Below are positions 56,247-64,000 of a stretch of 64,000 bases of DNA, piece by piece. This DNA is from an uncultured virus (IMG/VR IMGVR_UViG_3300036719_003654). Lineage: Duplodnaviria; Heunggongvirae; Uroviricota; Caudoviricetes. Positions within the stretch are counted from its first letter, which is position 1; every line of letters begins with the position of its first letter. The notes beneath the pieces are model-generated. The model was not told the origin of the DNA. It saw only the letters and a list, made by a program, of their open reading frames with translations, and made no database searches. The position numbers and the translations under genes were made by a program. The DNA is taken from IMG/VR virus record IMGVR_UViG_3300036719_003654; one strand, written 5' to 3'.

Positions 56247-56980
56247 ACTTTCAAGTCGTGTTCAGTTTGGTCGAGGATGCTGGAATAGTCCAGTCCGGTG
56301 ATGGCGCTGGCCTCGTCAAAGTGGGCCTTCTGCTGCTCCAGGGTGAGCGGGCGCAGGTCAACGCCGGGGTTGGGGTAGGGCAGTTCTTGGGAGAACGTGA
56401 TCAACCGGCGCGACTGTTTCTTGACGAAGAGGGTCAGCCCGTTGTCGGAGTGGAGGTCGAGTTGCTGCCAATCTGTAAGCCCTCCCAACCTGTCGGTCAG
56501 TCCGTCCACCAACATGCGGGGACCAACGCAGTTCTCCACGTCATCGAAGGCTATAAAGGAAGCGCCTCGGTTGATCGCCGTCTTCATCTCGAACAGCGCG
56601 GCCTCGTGGCTGTGCCAAGCGTCGATGTAGATAAAATCCACACGCTCCGGCCAGATGCTCAAGTTCTTGGTGTCACCGTCATGGAACTCCACCCAATCGC
56701 GGACACCGAGATGAGTCAGGTTCTCCTCGGCGTGTTGCTTCGGCGTCTTACCTTCAAGGATGTGTACGTGCTCCAATAACGACCAGTTGTCGAGGCAGTG
56801 GACGCGGCCTAGGTTGTTCTCTTGGCAGGCTTTCGCCATCCATGCGGCAGACAAGGCCCGGTAAGTGCCACAATCGACGATATGCTGCGGCTTCAGACAG
56901 CGGGTGAATCCGTGCAGCAGGCGCGGGCTGTCGTAATTCCAAGAGGCGTAAACCTTGTTGATTTCTTCGTAAAAACTCAT
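56243..56980 (-). CDS. Class I SAM methyltransferase (Methyltransf_24-like)
   Basis: VDCGTYRALS, DFIYIDAWHSHE, FDD. Confidence 0.85.
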   Translation of the reverse strand: MSFYEEINKVYASWNYDSPRLLHGFTRCLKPQHIVDCGTYRALSAAWMAKACQENNLGRVHCLDNWSLLEHVHILEGKTPKQHAEENLTHLGVRDWVEFHDGDTKNLSIWPERVDFIYIDAWHSHEAALFEMKTAINRGASFIAFDDVENCVGPRMLVDGLTDRLGGLTDWQQLDLHSDNGLTLFVKKQSRRLITFSQELPYPNPGVDLRPLTLEQQKAHFDEASAITGLDYSSILDQTEHDLKV

Positions 56981-57756
56981 GCTTTTGGTTGGTGTGAAAT
57001 CCACATGTCTTTGGTGCATCCCGGCATCAACGCCTCGTAGGTGGCGATGTCCTCGGTGTTCTGTTCAGGCTCCATGGCTCGATAGTGGTGCGAGTAGTGG
57101 TCGATGTAGAGCGACCCGTCAGTCACCCGGATAAACTTTGGCTCGGCCCATGTTGGCGTCCATATCAGGCGCTCGTGCATCTTCACCTCCGGGTCGTAGC
57201 ACAGGAAGGGGGTGTTCTTCAATAGCCTGAGTTGCCAGTCGTGCTCCGCGTGCCAGTTCTGGCAGGGGCGGTCCCACTCACCGGGAGCACCGAACCAGTG
57301 ACGGCGGGACACGCAGATGGCGAGAGCTTGCTCTGCCTCGGCATGCCCGATTAAATGCCGCAGCTTCTCACGCTGGTTGACGTTGCCGCCAGCACCCGTT
57401 TGGTTGGAGACGTGCAGATCGGGGGTGAGTGTCTCGGGGAACTTGCCGGTGCCAGTGACGCCGAGGATGGGGGCAAGCGGCCACACCCGTTCATCCGCGT
57501 CCAAGATCATCACCCATTCGCAGGACGAATACCCGATGCAGCGGGTTCGTAATGCTCCGAAGCCCTGGCTCAGGGTATCGTGGATGAGCTTGTGACCGGA
57601 CGCCTCTGCAATGGCAATCGTCTCAGGGTCAGCCGGGGTGCCGTCCATGGGAGAGGATACGAGCACGATCTCGTCGAACATTCGCTCGGCGGTTTCGATA
57701 AAGCCGGGCAGAGCATGGCGCTCGTTGTGGAAATGACAGACTGCGGAGATTCTCAT
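56977..57756 (-). CDS. GT2 glycosyltransferase
   Basis: HNERHAL, FGALR, WVMILDADER, MHE. Confidence 0.85.
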   Translation of the reverse strand: MRISAVCHFHNERHALPGFIETAERMFDEIVLVSSPMDGTPADPETIAIAEASGHKLIHDTLSQGFGALRTRCIGYSSCEWVMILDADERVWPLAPILGVTGTGKFPETLTPDLHVSNQTGAGGNVNQREKLRHLIGHAEAEQALAICVSRRHWFGAPGEWDRPCQNWHAEHDWQLRLLKNTPFLCYDPEVKMHERLIWTPTWAEPKFIRVTDGSLYIDHYSHHYRAMEPEQNTEDIATYEALMPGCTKDMWISHQPKA

Positions 57757-58427
57757 ACTCGCGTAAATTGGATAAACCCGCAGGACTTCGGCACCTCAGA
57801 GGAGGCAGGTTTGAGTCCGGGGTAGTGCCATGAACCAGTGATGCACCCTTCGTCTAAGGAGACACTCTCCCTGAACAAATCCATCCACATGTCCAGCGGC
57901 CATGCGTTGCAGTGTGACGGGTCGGAGTTGTCCTCGTCGCGGAGGTAGGGACCGTCGGGATGGTGAGTCAGCGGGACGATGGCGAGTAGGTGCTTCCGGG
58001 TGGAGGCGAGCAGTTGTTTGAGCAGAGGACGAAGTTGATCGAGCAGGATGTGCTCTGCCACATCCTTCAGGATGATGTGATCAAACCGTTCATCGGGCAT
58101 CACGTTGGACACATAACCCTTCACCCCTTCGTCGCAGTTCTGGATGGCCCACTCGCTGCTGTCGTATCCGAAAGCGTTCACCCCGCGCATGCGTAACGCC
58201 TTGACGAGGTAGCCTCGGGCGCACCCAAAATCGAGAACCGTGTCGCCGTCCTTAATGTGCAGGACGCGCTTGAGCCAGTCCGCCATGGGGAGCGTGAGAT
58301 CGGGCTTCCAACTGTAATCGACGTAGTTTGATTTGCCGGATGTCGGGCCGGTCAGGTAGTACTCGGCGTCGTAAAATTCAGATTCCATGGGTGCGGCGTT
58401 CTTCGTGTTTGATAGGGTGAATGTCAA
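57753..58427 (-). CDS. Class I SAM methyltransferase
   Basis: VLDFGCARGYLV, GYDSSEWA, DVAEH. Confidence 0.9.
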   Translation of the reverse strand: MTFTLSNTKNAAPMESEFYDAEYYLTGPTSGKSNYVDYSWKPDLTLPMADWLKRVLHIKDGDTVLDFGCARGYLVKALRMRGVNAFGYDSSEWAIQNCDEGVKGYVSNVMPDERFDHIILKDVAEHILLDQLRPLLKQLLASTRKHLLAIVPLTHHPDGPYLRDEDNSDPSHCNAWPLDMWMDLFRESVSLDEGCITGSWHYPGLKPASSEVPKSCGFIQFTRV

Positions 58428-60388
58428 TGGAAACTTTGATCAGCCCAGCCCTGATTGGCGCTGAGTGAGGCGGTGATCAGGTCCGAGTATTTGCCCCGTC
58501 CCTTCGTGTCGGTCACGGCTGCCACCAGATGAGCGTGACGGACGGACATGGGGTTCTTGGGCGCGTTCGACGGCAACGCGGTTCGGCGGGCAGCCTTGAC
58601 CAGCGAAGTCAGCCCATGACGGCGACGGGCGATCTCGATGCAGCCGAAGAAGGCGTCGGCGCGGTCGGGGCTTCTGCCGTTGGTCCGCTGCTTCATCACC
58701 TTCTTGGACTCCACCTCAACTTTCTCCCGGTCCACGAGCTTGTACATTCTCGCACACATCTGGATGCACGTCTCTGGGTCGAGGCCACGAATCTGTCCGG
58801 CCTTGATGAAGTCTTTGCCGACGTACCACAGCTCGGACACCCGGTTGGCGAACCTGTCCTTGCCGGTGCGCGAGTTGGTGGTGCCCACGGTCTTGTCTGA
58901 CGGCGCTCCCGCGAAGCTCACCATCTGGAAGCCCCGGCCCATCTTGATCGCCATGAGCGAGGCGAACGGATCACCGGCCCCTGTGGAGTCGGAGCCTCGG
59001 TCTTCCACTTTGACGCCGCGCTTGGCGCACTCGGCATCGTAGAGATTCACCAACTGCTGATTGCGGTCCACCGTCTTGTTACTGGCATCGACCAAGGCCA
59101 TGAGGTTGATCGTCTCAACCAGTTCAATACCTTTGACGGTGCGCTGGTGGATGGCTGAGTAGTAGTCGCCCACCCGACAAAAACAGGCGTCCGCTTCGTC
59201 TCCACCATGGCTGAAGGCCGGGTCGAGGAAAGCAATTGGGGTGGGCGGGGTGAGCCATGTGCTGACTCTGTGCTGGCTGCCGCTGCTGGTGATCTCGACT
59301 TCCGTGTAGATGGCATTGGCGTCTCCATCGGGGGAGAGGAAGCCGCGCACCATGCGGTAGTACTCCGGCGACTTCGGGCCAAGGTCTCGACGCAGATCCG
59401 TGACGGTGCGCAGGCTGAGAATGCCCTTCCACACCTCCCGACCGGCGAGCACGTTGGGAGACTTCTCCCCGTCAAATCGAATGCAGTAGCCACGTTTGGT
59501 CTTCCACCCGTCGAAGGTTTCGTCGATGGAGTTCCACCCTTCCTCCGGCTCCATGAACACGCCGAGCGGGTCAAACGGCGAAGTGGGGTTGCCAATGCCG
59601 ATGAACTGCAAGTACTCATTGGACTGCAAGTTGGTGATGGCGGTGTTGTAAAGACTGTGGGTGAGCAACGGCAGTTCGTCCGCGATGAAGATCACACAAC
59701 GGTTCTTGAAACCGATCTTGGTCGAGGCGTCCTTGTCCTGTCCCTTGCCGCCAGCAACGAGAGTGATGCCTGCGAGCTGGTTCTGCTTGCCATCAGAATT
59801 GACGCGCACGATCTTGCCGAGGGAGGACACCAGCTTGGCCTGCATGTACTGCTCGCCGCCGAAGAACCGGCAAATCTCCGCCCAGTAGCCCTCGACGACG
59901 CCCCAGATACGACCGCGAGACTCGTCCAACGATGTCGAGGTAATGAACACCTTCACATACTCAGGAGATGCCACAGGGCAGTCGGGAAAACGTGCGCCGA
60001 TGAGGAAGCGCCCAATGGCGTAGAGGGCGAAAAATTCAGACTTGGAGCAACTGGCGTGCCCCGCGACGGCGAGGAAGTTGTTGGAGTAGGCTTCTTCCAA
60101 CATCCGCATGGCGTACGGGTTCCACTCGAAGCGGTAGCGGGGGTTGGTCTCGGGACGATCCAGCATCAACGAGATGAACCTGCGGAAGTGCCACGTCCAC
60201 GGGTTGAGCTGGCTGCCCGGCAGATTAACGAAATGCTCGTAGTTGCCCAAGATAAACTTTTCGAGATCCACCTCCTGCAACAGCTCATACCCGGCGCTCG
60301 TCTTGGGCACGCCGGGGAGACGTTTCCACCACCGCCCATAGCGAGCGATGTGGGTGCGTTCCATCTGCTGGGGAGAGGGTTGGGGCAT
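58424..60388 (-). CDS. terL: Terminase large subunit
   Basis: Variant Walker A GHASCSKS, IFIADE, GIGNPT; nuclease motifs FLDPAF.GGD and RSPDRADA. Confidence 0.85.
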   Translation of the reverse strand: MPQPSPQQMERTHIARYGRWWKRLPGVPKTSAGYELLQEVDLEKFILGNYEHFVNLPGSQLNPWTWHFRRFISLMLDRPETNPRYRFEWNPYAMRMLEEAYSNNFLAVAGHASCSKSEFFALYAIGRFLIGARFPDCPVASPEYVKVFITSTSLDESRGRIWGVVEGYWAEICRFFGGEQYMQAKLVSSLGKIVRVNSDGKQNQLAGITLVAGGKGQDKDASTKIGFKNRCVIFIADELPLLTHSLYNTAITNLQSNEYLQFIGIGNPTSPFDPLGVFMEPEEGWNSIDETFDGWKTKRGYCIRFDGEKSPNVLAGREVWKGILSLRTVTDLRRDLGPKSPEYYRMVRGFLSPDGDANAIYTEVEITSSGSQHRVSTWLTPPTPIAFLDPAFSHGGDEADACFCRVGDYYSAIHQRTVKGIELVETINLMALVDASNKTVDRNQQLVNLYDAECAKRGVKVEDRGSDSTGAGDPFASLMAIKMGRGFQMVSFAGAPSDKTVGTTNSRTGKDRFANRVSELWYVGKDFIKAGQIRGLDPETCIQMCARMYKLVDREKVEVESKKVMKQRTNGRSPDRADAFFGCIEIARRRHGLTSLVKAARRTALPSNAPKNPMSVRHAHLVAAVTDTKGRGKYSDLITASLSANQGWADQSFH

Positions 60389-60933
60389 CAGTCTGTTCGT
60401 GGTTTCTTCAGTTGGCCTGCGCATTCGGCATACCCGATGATGTCAACCAGGGTGTCTCGCTTCGTACTCGTCTTGGCTCGGCTGACTTTCAACAGAATCA
60501 TCATCTGCGCCACGTCCCACGGGGAGATGTGCGACCCTGTGTAGGCGCTCCACAGTTTCGCGATGCGAGCGAAAGAGTCGTTCACGTCGCCGTAGTCGGC
60601 TGCACGGTCTCCAGCCACAATGGCTGCGGCCTCTTCGGCGAGGGATTGAGGGGCTTTGGGGTCTGTGTCGGGGGATACTACACGGTAAGGCCCGCGCAGG
60701 TGCAGGGTTTCGTCGTCGGTTTCGACGTTCGGCACGGCGTACCAAGAGTTGAACTGCTCTGCATGTAGGTGTGCCCCAATCAGCAGACTGGGTCGCCACT
60801 CGTGGGGGCACCCTTCGAGATCGTTTTTCGCATCCCAGACCAACGTGTCCTGTGGCACTGGGTCTGGCACGTCTTTCCCGAGCATCACTGTGTAACCTTC
60901 CGGCGCTTTTGGTCTTTGGTCGTCGTCTTTCAT
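60388..60933 (-). CDS. DUF6378-like protein
   Basis: GDRAADYG...FARIAKLWS...MILLKVSR...DTLVDIIGYA. Confidence 0.8.
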   Translation of the reverse strand: MKDDDQRPKAPEGYTVMLGKDVPDPVPQDTLVWDAKNDLEGCPHEWRPSLLIGAHLHAEQFNSWYAVPNVETDDETLHLRGPYRVVSPDTDPKAPQSLAEEAAAIVAGDRAADYGDVNDSFARIAKLWSAYTGSHISPWDVAQMMILLKVSRAKTSTKRDTLVDIIGYAECAGQLKKPRTD

Positions 60934-60954
60934 GGTGTTTGTATGGTTAAATGT

Positions 60955-62397
60955 TCATCCCCAAAAATCTTCTTCGTTGAAATCCGGTTCTTCGGCTGGC
61001 TTGACGCTCAAACCGACATCGCGGGAGCTTTCTAGCATCATGAGCGCGGACAAAAGCCTGTCCTCAGTGTCGCGTTTGTCCTCCAACACGGTAGCGATAG
61101 CGTCGTCCACGGTGCCGGGGCACATCAGGCGGTACACGTCCACGTTACACACCTGACCGGGACGTGCCAGACGAGCGAGCATCTGGGTGTATCGGCGGTG
61201 GGAATAGATGAGAGACATCCAGACCATGGTGCTGCCACCCCACTGCATGTTCAGCCCGTGGCTGGCGGAGAAGGGGGACACAACCAAGATGGGTATCTCT
61301 TTGCGGTTCCACTCAGCCAGCATCTTCGTTTGCGCTGCAAGGGTGGTGGCGTCGGCAAAGAACGTGGCGTTGGGGAACGCTTCTCGCAACCGGGCCTGCT
61401 CGTGCTTGAAGATCGCGGCCACCAGAACCGGCCCTTTGGTCTTCTTGATGATCTTCCTGAGAGCGTCAATCTTGAGATCGTGGATGCAGTGGTAGGTGCC
61501 GTTTTCGTCGTACACTGCGCCGCTGGTGTATTGCAGTAGCTTGGTCACAAGGGCTGCCGCGCTGGGGGCTGTGATCGTTACCGAGCTTTTCAGTTCCAAC
61601 ACCAACTCCCGTTCAAACTCCTGATACTTGGAAAGTTGATCCGGTGTCATGTGGACATCCACATCCTGCACCACCGCGTCCGGCATGTCAGGCATCCACT
61701 CAGAAGCTCGCAACGTGATGGTGATGTCACAGATGCGTTTCTCAATCAGTTCCTTCGCCCCGTCGTTGGCGTCCCACTTGTATCCCATGTAATCGGCTTT
61801 GTGGAAGTAGGTGGACTTGAAGTGCTGGAAGCTGCGGCCCAGTCGTTCTCCACCATCTAGCAGACGGAACTGTGCGAACAAGTCCACCAGCTTGTCCATA
61901 GGAGTACCAGTCATTCCGATGCGTCGTCTCACTTGGGGGGCTTCTCGGCGTAGCAGGGCTATGCGCTTCGAGTCAGGGGATTTCGCGGAATCAACTTCAT
62001 CGTACACCACGGTATCGTAGGGCACGGTGCCTCCTCGCTTCTCGATCAACTTCACCAACAGGGGGATGCTGTCGAAGTTGATTAAATATATGTCTGCCCT
62101 ACCGGCGATGAAGGCTTGACGACCAAGAGGTGTGCGCAGGTTGGCAACTTTGAAATTCTTGAAATCCGACCACTGTGAAATTTCAAGAGGCCAGACCAAA
62201 TTCGCCACACGGAGAGGCGCTATCACCAACATTCCAATGGTGTCGAGCGACGAGTGCCACTCTTTGAAAGCACTAAGCACCGCCGCCGTCTTCCCGAGAC
62301 CCATAGAAATGCTGCCATAAACCACGTCATGCGACAGCATGTGGTCGATGAAAGCCTTCTGCGCTGGGCGTGGGGAGAACTTGCTCACGCCCTCCAC
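60955..62397 (-). CDS. SNF2-like helicase, ends EEDFWG
   Basis: MGLGKT, IAPLRVA, YDE, MTGTP, HGLNMQ, ARLARPGQ. Confidence 0.92.
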   Translation of the reverse strand: MEGVSKFSPRPAQKAFIDHMLSHDVVYGSISMGLGKTAAVLSAFKEWHSSLDTIGMLVIAPLRVANLVWPLEISQWSDFKNFKVANLRTPLGRQAFIAGRADIYLINFDSIPLLVKLIEKRGGTVPYDTVVYDEVDSAKSPDSKRIALLRREAPQVRRRIGMTGTPMDKLVDLFAQFRLLDGGERLGRSFQHFKSTYFHKADYMGYKWDANDGAKELIEKRICDITITLRASEWMPDMPDAVVQDVDVHMTPDQLSKYQEFERELVLELKSSVTITAPSAAALVTKLLQYTSGAVYDENGTYHCIHDLKIDALRKIIKKTKGPVLVAAIFKHEQARLREAFPNATFFADATTLAAQTKMLAEWNRKEIPILVVSPFSASHGLNMQWGGSTMVWMSLIYSHRRYTQMLARLARPGQVCNVDVYRLMCPGTVDDAIATVLEDKRDTEDRLLSALMMLESSRDVGLSVKPAEEPDFNEEDFWG

Positions 62398-62702
62398 CCC
62401 TCCACCGTGCGATACTCAATAGGACGACCGGCAAGCTGCGCTGCACGAACACCAAACTCCATGCCGCGACTGATGCCGCAGTCGGTGTACACGACGGTCT
62501 TGTCCGCTTTCCACGCCAGTCCTGCCGCGATGCCCATGGCACGGTCGGTCGGGTCTTCGTCGTCAAGGACTTGGGTGTAGAGCAGGTGGCTCACCATCGG
62601 CGCTTCGCCGCGCAACAGCGAGTCGCGCATGGCGGCACGGGCGTAGCGGATATTGCGTTGCAGGTTGCCTGCGTAGGGCGATTCGAGGATTACGGTGGTC
62701 AT
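62385..62702 (-). CDS. Conserved phage protein (nucleoside-deoxyribosyltransferase-like fold)
   Basis: VILESPYAG...SHLLYTQVLDD...GISRGM. Confidence 0.75.
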   Translation of the reverse strand: MTTVILESPYAGNLQRNIRYARAAMRDSLLRGEAPMVSHLLYTQVLDDEDPTDRAMGIAAGLAWKADKTVVYTDCGISRGMEFGVRAAQLAGRPIEYRTVEGWRA

Positions 62703-62703
62703 G

Positions 62704-63150
62704 TCAGAAAGGGTCTCCTTCATTATCTGCTGCGTGCTGTCGTGCGCCGATCTTCGCATCAACGAACCGTTGCCGACGTTCCGCGTGCTCTTTCTCCACG
62801 TTCTCCGTGCATGTGAGCACCTGGATGTTGTCCTCCTCGTAGCCACGGGTGCTGTCCTTGCGGTCGATGTGCAGACAGAATCGCTCCTTACCCTTCTCGT
62901 CCATGTAGCAGGTCGGCAGGATGGCGGCTTTGAACTGATCGAAGGTCAAGGTGAAGGCGATCTTGCGCTTGCGAGCGGATGCCCGGAGGTTGTCGAAGGC
63001 ACAGTGAACGGGGTTGTTCAAACGCCATTGCTGCTTGGCGTGGGAACCGCAGAGCTGCGTGGAGGTAGGATGGTCGGACAGGTTGCGCGGCACACCTTTG
63101 CACCGGCTGACGGGGCAGCGACCAGGGATTTTGATTTTGCGCAGTTTCAT
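62704..63150 (-). CDS. HNH-like endonuclease-fold protein
   Basis: HIDRKDSTRGYEEDNIQV; acidic GDPF tail. Confidence 0.7.
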   Translation of the reverse strand: MKLRKIKIPGRCPVSRCKGVPRNLSDHPTSTQLCGSHAKQQWRLNNPVHCAFDNLRASARKRKIAFTLTFDQFKAAILPTCYMDEKGKERFCLHIDRKDSTRGYEEDNIQVLTCTENVEKEHAERRQRFVDAKIGARQHAADNEGDPF

Positions 63151-63455
63151 CCCCAGAACCCCCTAGGGCTTATCAAGCCATCCACGAAGTCTTTGCCGTC
63201 CGACACGTTGTCGCACCAGCCTGTGTTGGCACCCACCTTCGCCAGCAGTTCCATTTCTGCTTCCTGTGCCTTGGTCGGCTTGCACCCACCGCGCTTGATC
63301 TCCAAAAAGCCGACCACCCCGCCCGGCGCAATGATCAGACGGTCAGGCACCGAACGGTTGTTGGGTGAGACGAACTTGCGGACGTAGCAGCCTTTCAACT
63401 TGGCGTAGTCGCAGATTTTTTTCTCGATCTCCTTTTCGAGGGGTGGGGGTTTCAT
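63147..63455 (-). CDS. VRR-NUC nuclease, ends GFWG
   Basis: EKEIE, VPDRL, FLEIKR, PTKAQ. Confidence 0.9.
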   Translation of the reverse strand: MKPPPLEKEIEKKICDYAKLKGCYVRKFVSPNNRSVPDRLIIAPGGVVGFLEIKRGGCKPTKAQEAEMELLAKVGANTGWCDNVSDGKDFVDGLISPRGFWG

Positions 63456-63537
63456 AAGTCGTGGTCTCCATAAATTACCCAATGGATGGTCAGAAGAACC
63501 AATCCAGAGAAGACGAGGATGAAAGGAAGGTGCTCAC

Positions 63538-63684
63538 TCATTTCCTTCTCCTCTTTTTGATTTTGTTGGCGTGATATTGCATCCGGCATGGCGGGCACAT
63601 TAGAAAGTCGGCTTCGTCTGTGTGCAACTTGAATGTTCTGCCGCACCGACAAATGCGACCTCGGGTGTGTGGTGTTTCGGACAT
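63538..63684 (-). CDS. Small Zn-ribbon protein (not in the ORF track)
   Basis: CRCGRTF...CPPCR with a basic tail. Confidence 0.55.
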   Translation of the reverse strand: MSETPHTRGRICRCGRTFKLHTDEADFLMCPPCRMQYHANKIKKRRRK

Positions 63685-63689
63685 GGTGG

Positions 63690-64000
63690 TTACTTGGTGT
63701 AGTAGGGTTGAACTTTACCATCGGCTGCCACGGGCAGACCTTTCGTCCACTCAGGCACATTGGTCATGTGTCCAACCAATTCTTCGATGGACTGGCTTTC
63801 ACGAGTGTAGGTGAGAATCTGGTCATGGATCAGCGAGCACACCTCGTAGCCCGCTGCCTCTGATTTGATGATGCCGTTGTTGAGCAGGTCAGCGCCGACC
63901 CCTTCGCAGAAATTCTGGAGCAAAAGACCTCCGTATAGACCGCATCGACCCCAGATAGTTTTGCCGCGAATCTGCCCCCAGTAGGTGAGAGATTGACGAG
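63690..64000 (-). CDS. Family A DNA polymerase, C-terminal fragment
   Basis: LYGGLLLQNFCEGVGADLL...LIHDQIL...PEWTKGLPVAADG...YYTK. Confidence 0.85.
   Translation of the reverse strand, partial: RQSLTYWGQIRGKTIWGRCGLYGGLLLQNFCEGVGADLLNNGIIKSEAAGYEVCSLIHDQILTYTRESQSIEELVGHMTNVPEWTKGLPVAADGKVQPYYTK

Noticed and set aside
1..64000. Prophage status and host assignment
   Set aside because: No integrase, att site or host genes are visible; the host cannot be determined from this sequence without searches.

Overview
Most of a dsDNA tailed-phage genome, probably podovirus-like: no tape measure is visible and there is a giant ejection-type protein. The window appears to be cut from a circular or permuted map, since the minus-strand replication operon (PolA C-terminus, VRR-NUC, SNF2 helicase) sits at the right edge and the primase-helicase block at the left. 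Layout: 1-17.1 kb minus-strand DNA-metabolism and early genes, including a Prs+Nampt NAD pair; 17.4-50.7 kb plus-strand regulators, TerS-like gene, HNH, Dam, portal, scaffold, capsid, lysis genes, tail and a 3422-aa polyvalent protein; 50.7-64 kb minus-strand Dps-like gene, glycosyltransferase/methyltransferase/radical-SAM cassette, TerL and replication genes. Main observations: (1) ten mostly unrelated, mostly DNA-acting proteins share an acidic-FWG motif, seven as the exact C-terminus, which suggests an undescribed docking or tagging system; (2) a complete type-P1 twister ribozyme at 12485-12543 (-), plus three covarying intergenic hairpins in the early operon; (3) a NARP1-like NAD-reconstitution pair; (4) a membrane-anchored PAS protein beside the lysis genes; (5) a pseudoknot-capable non-coding element after TerS. 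All family calls come from motif recognition by eye, and no searches were run. I saw no integrase, tRNA, CRISPR array or reverse transcriptase.
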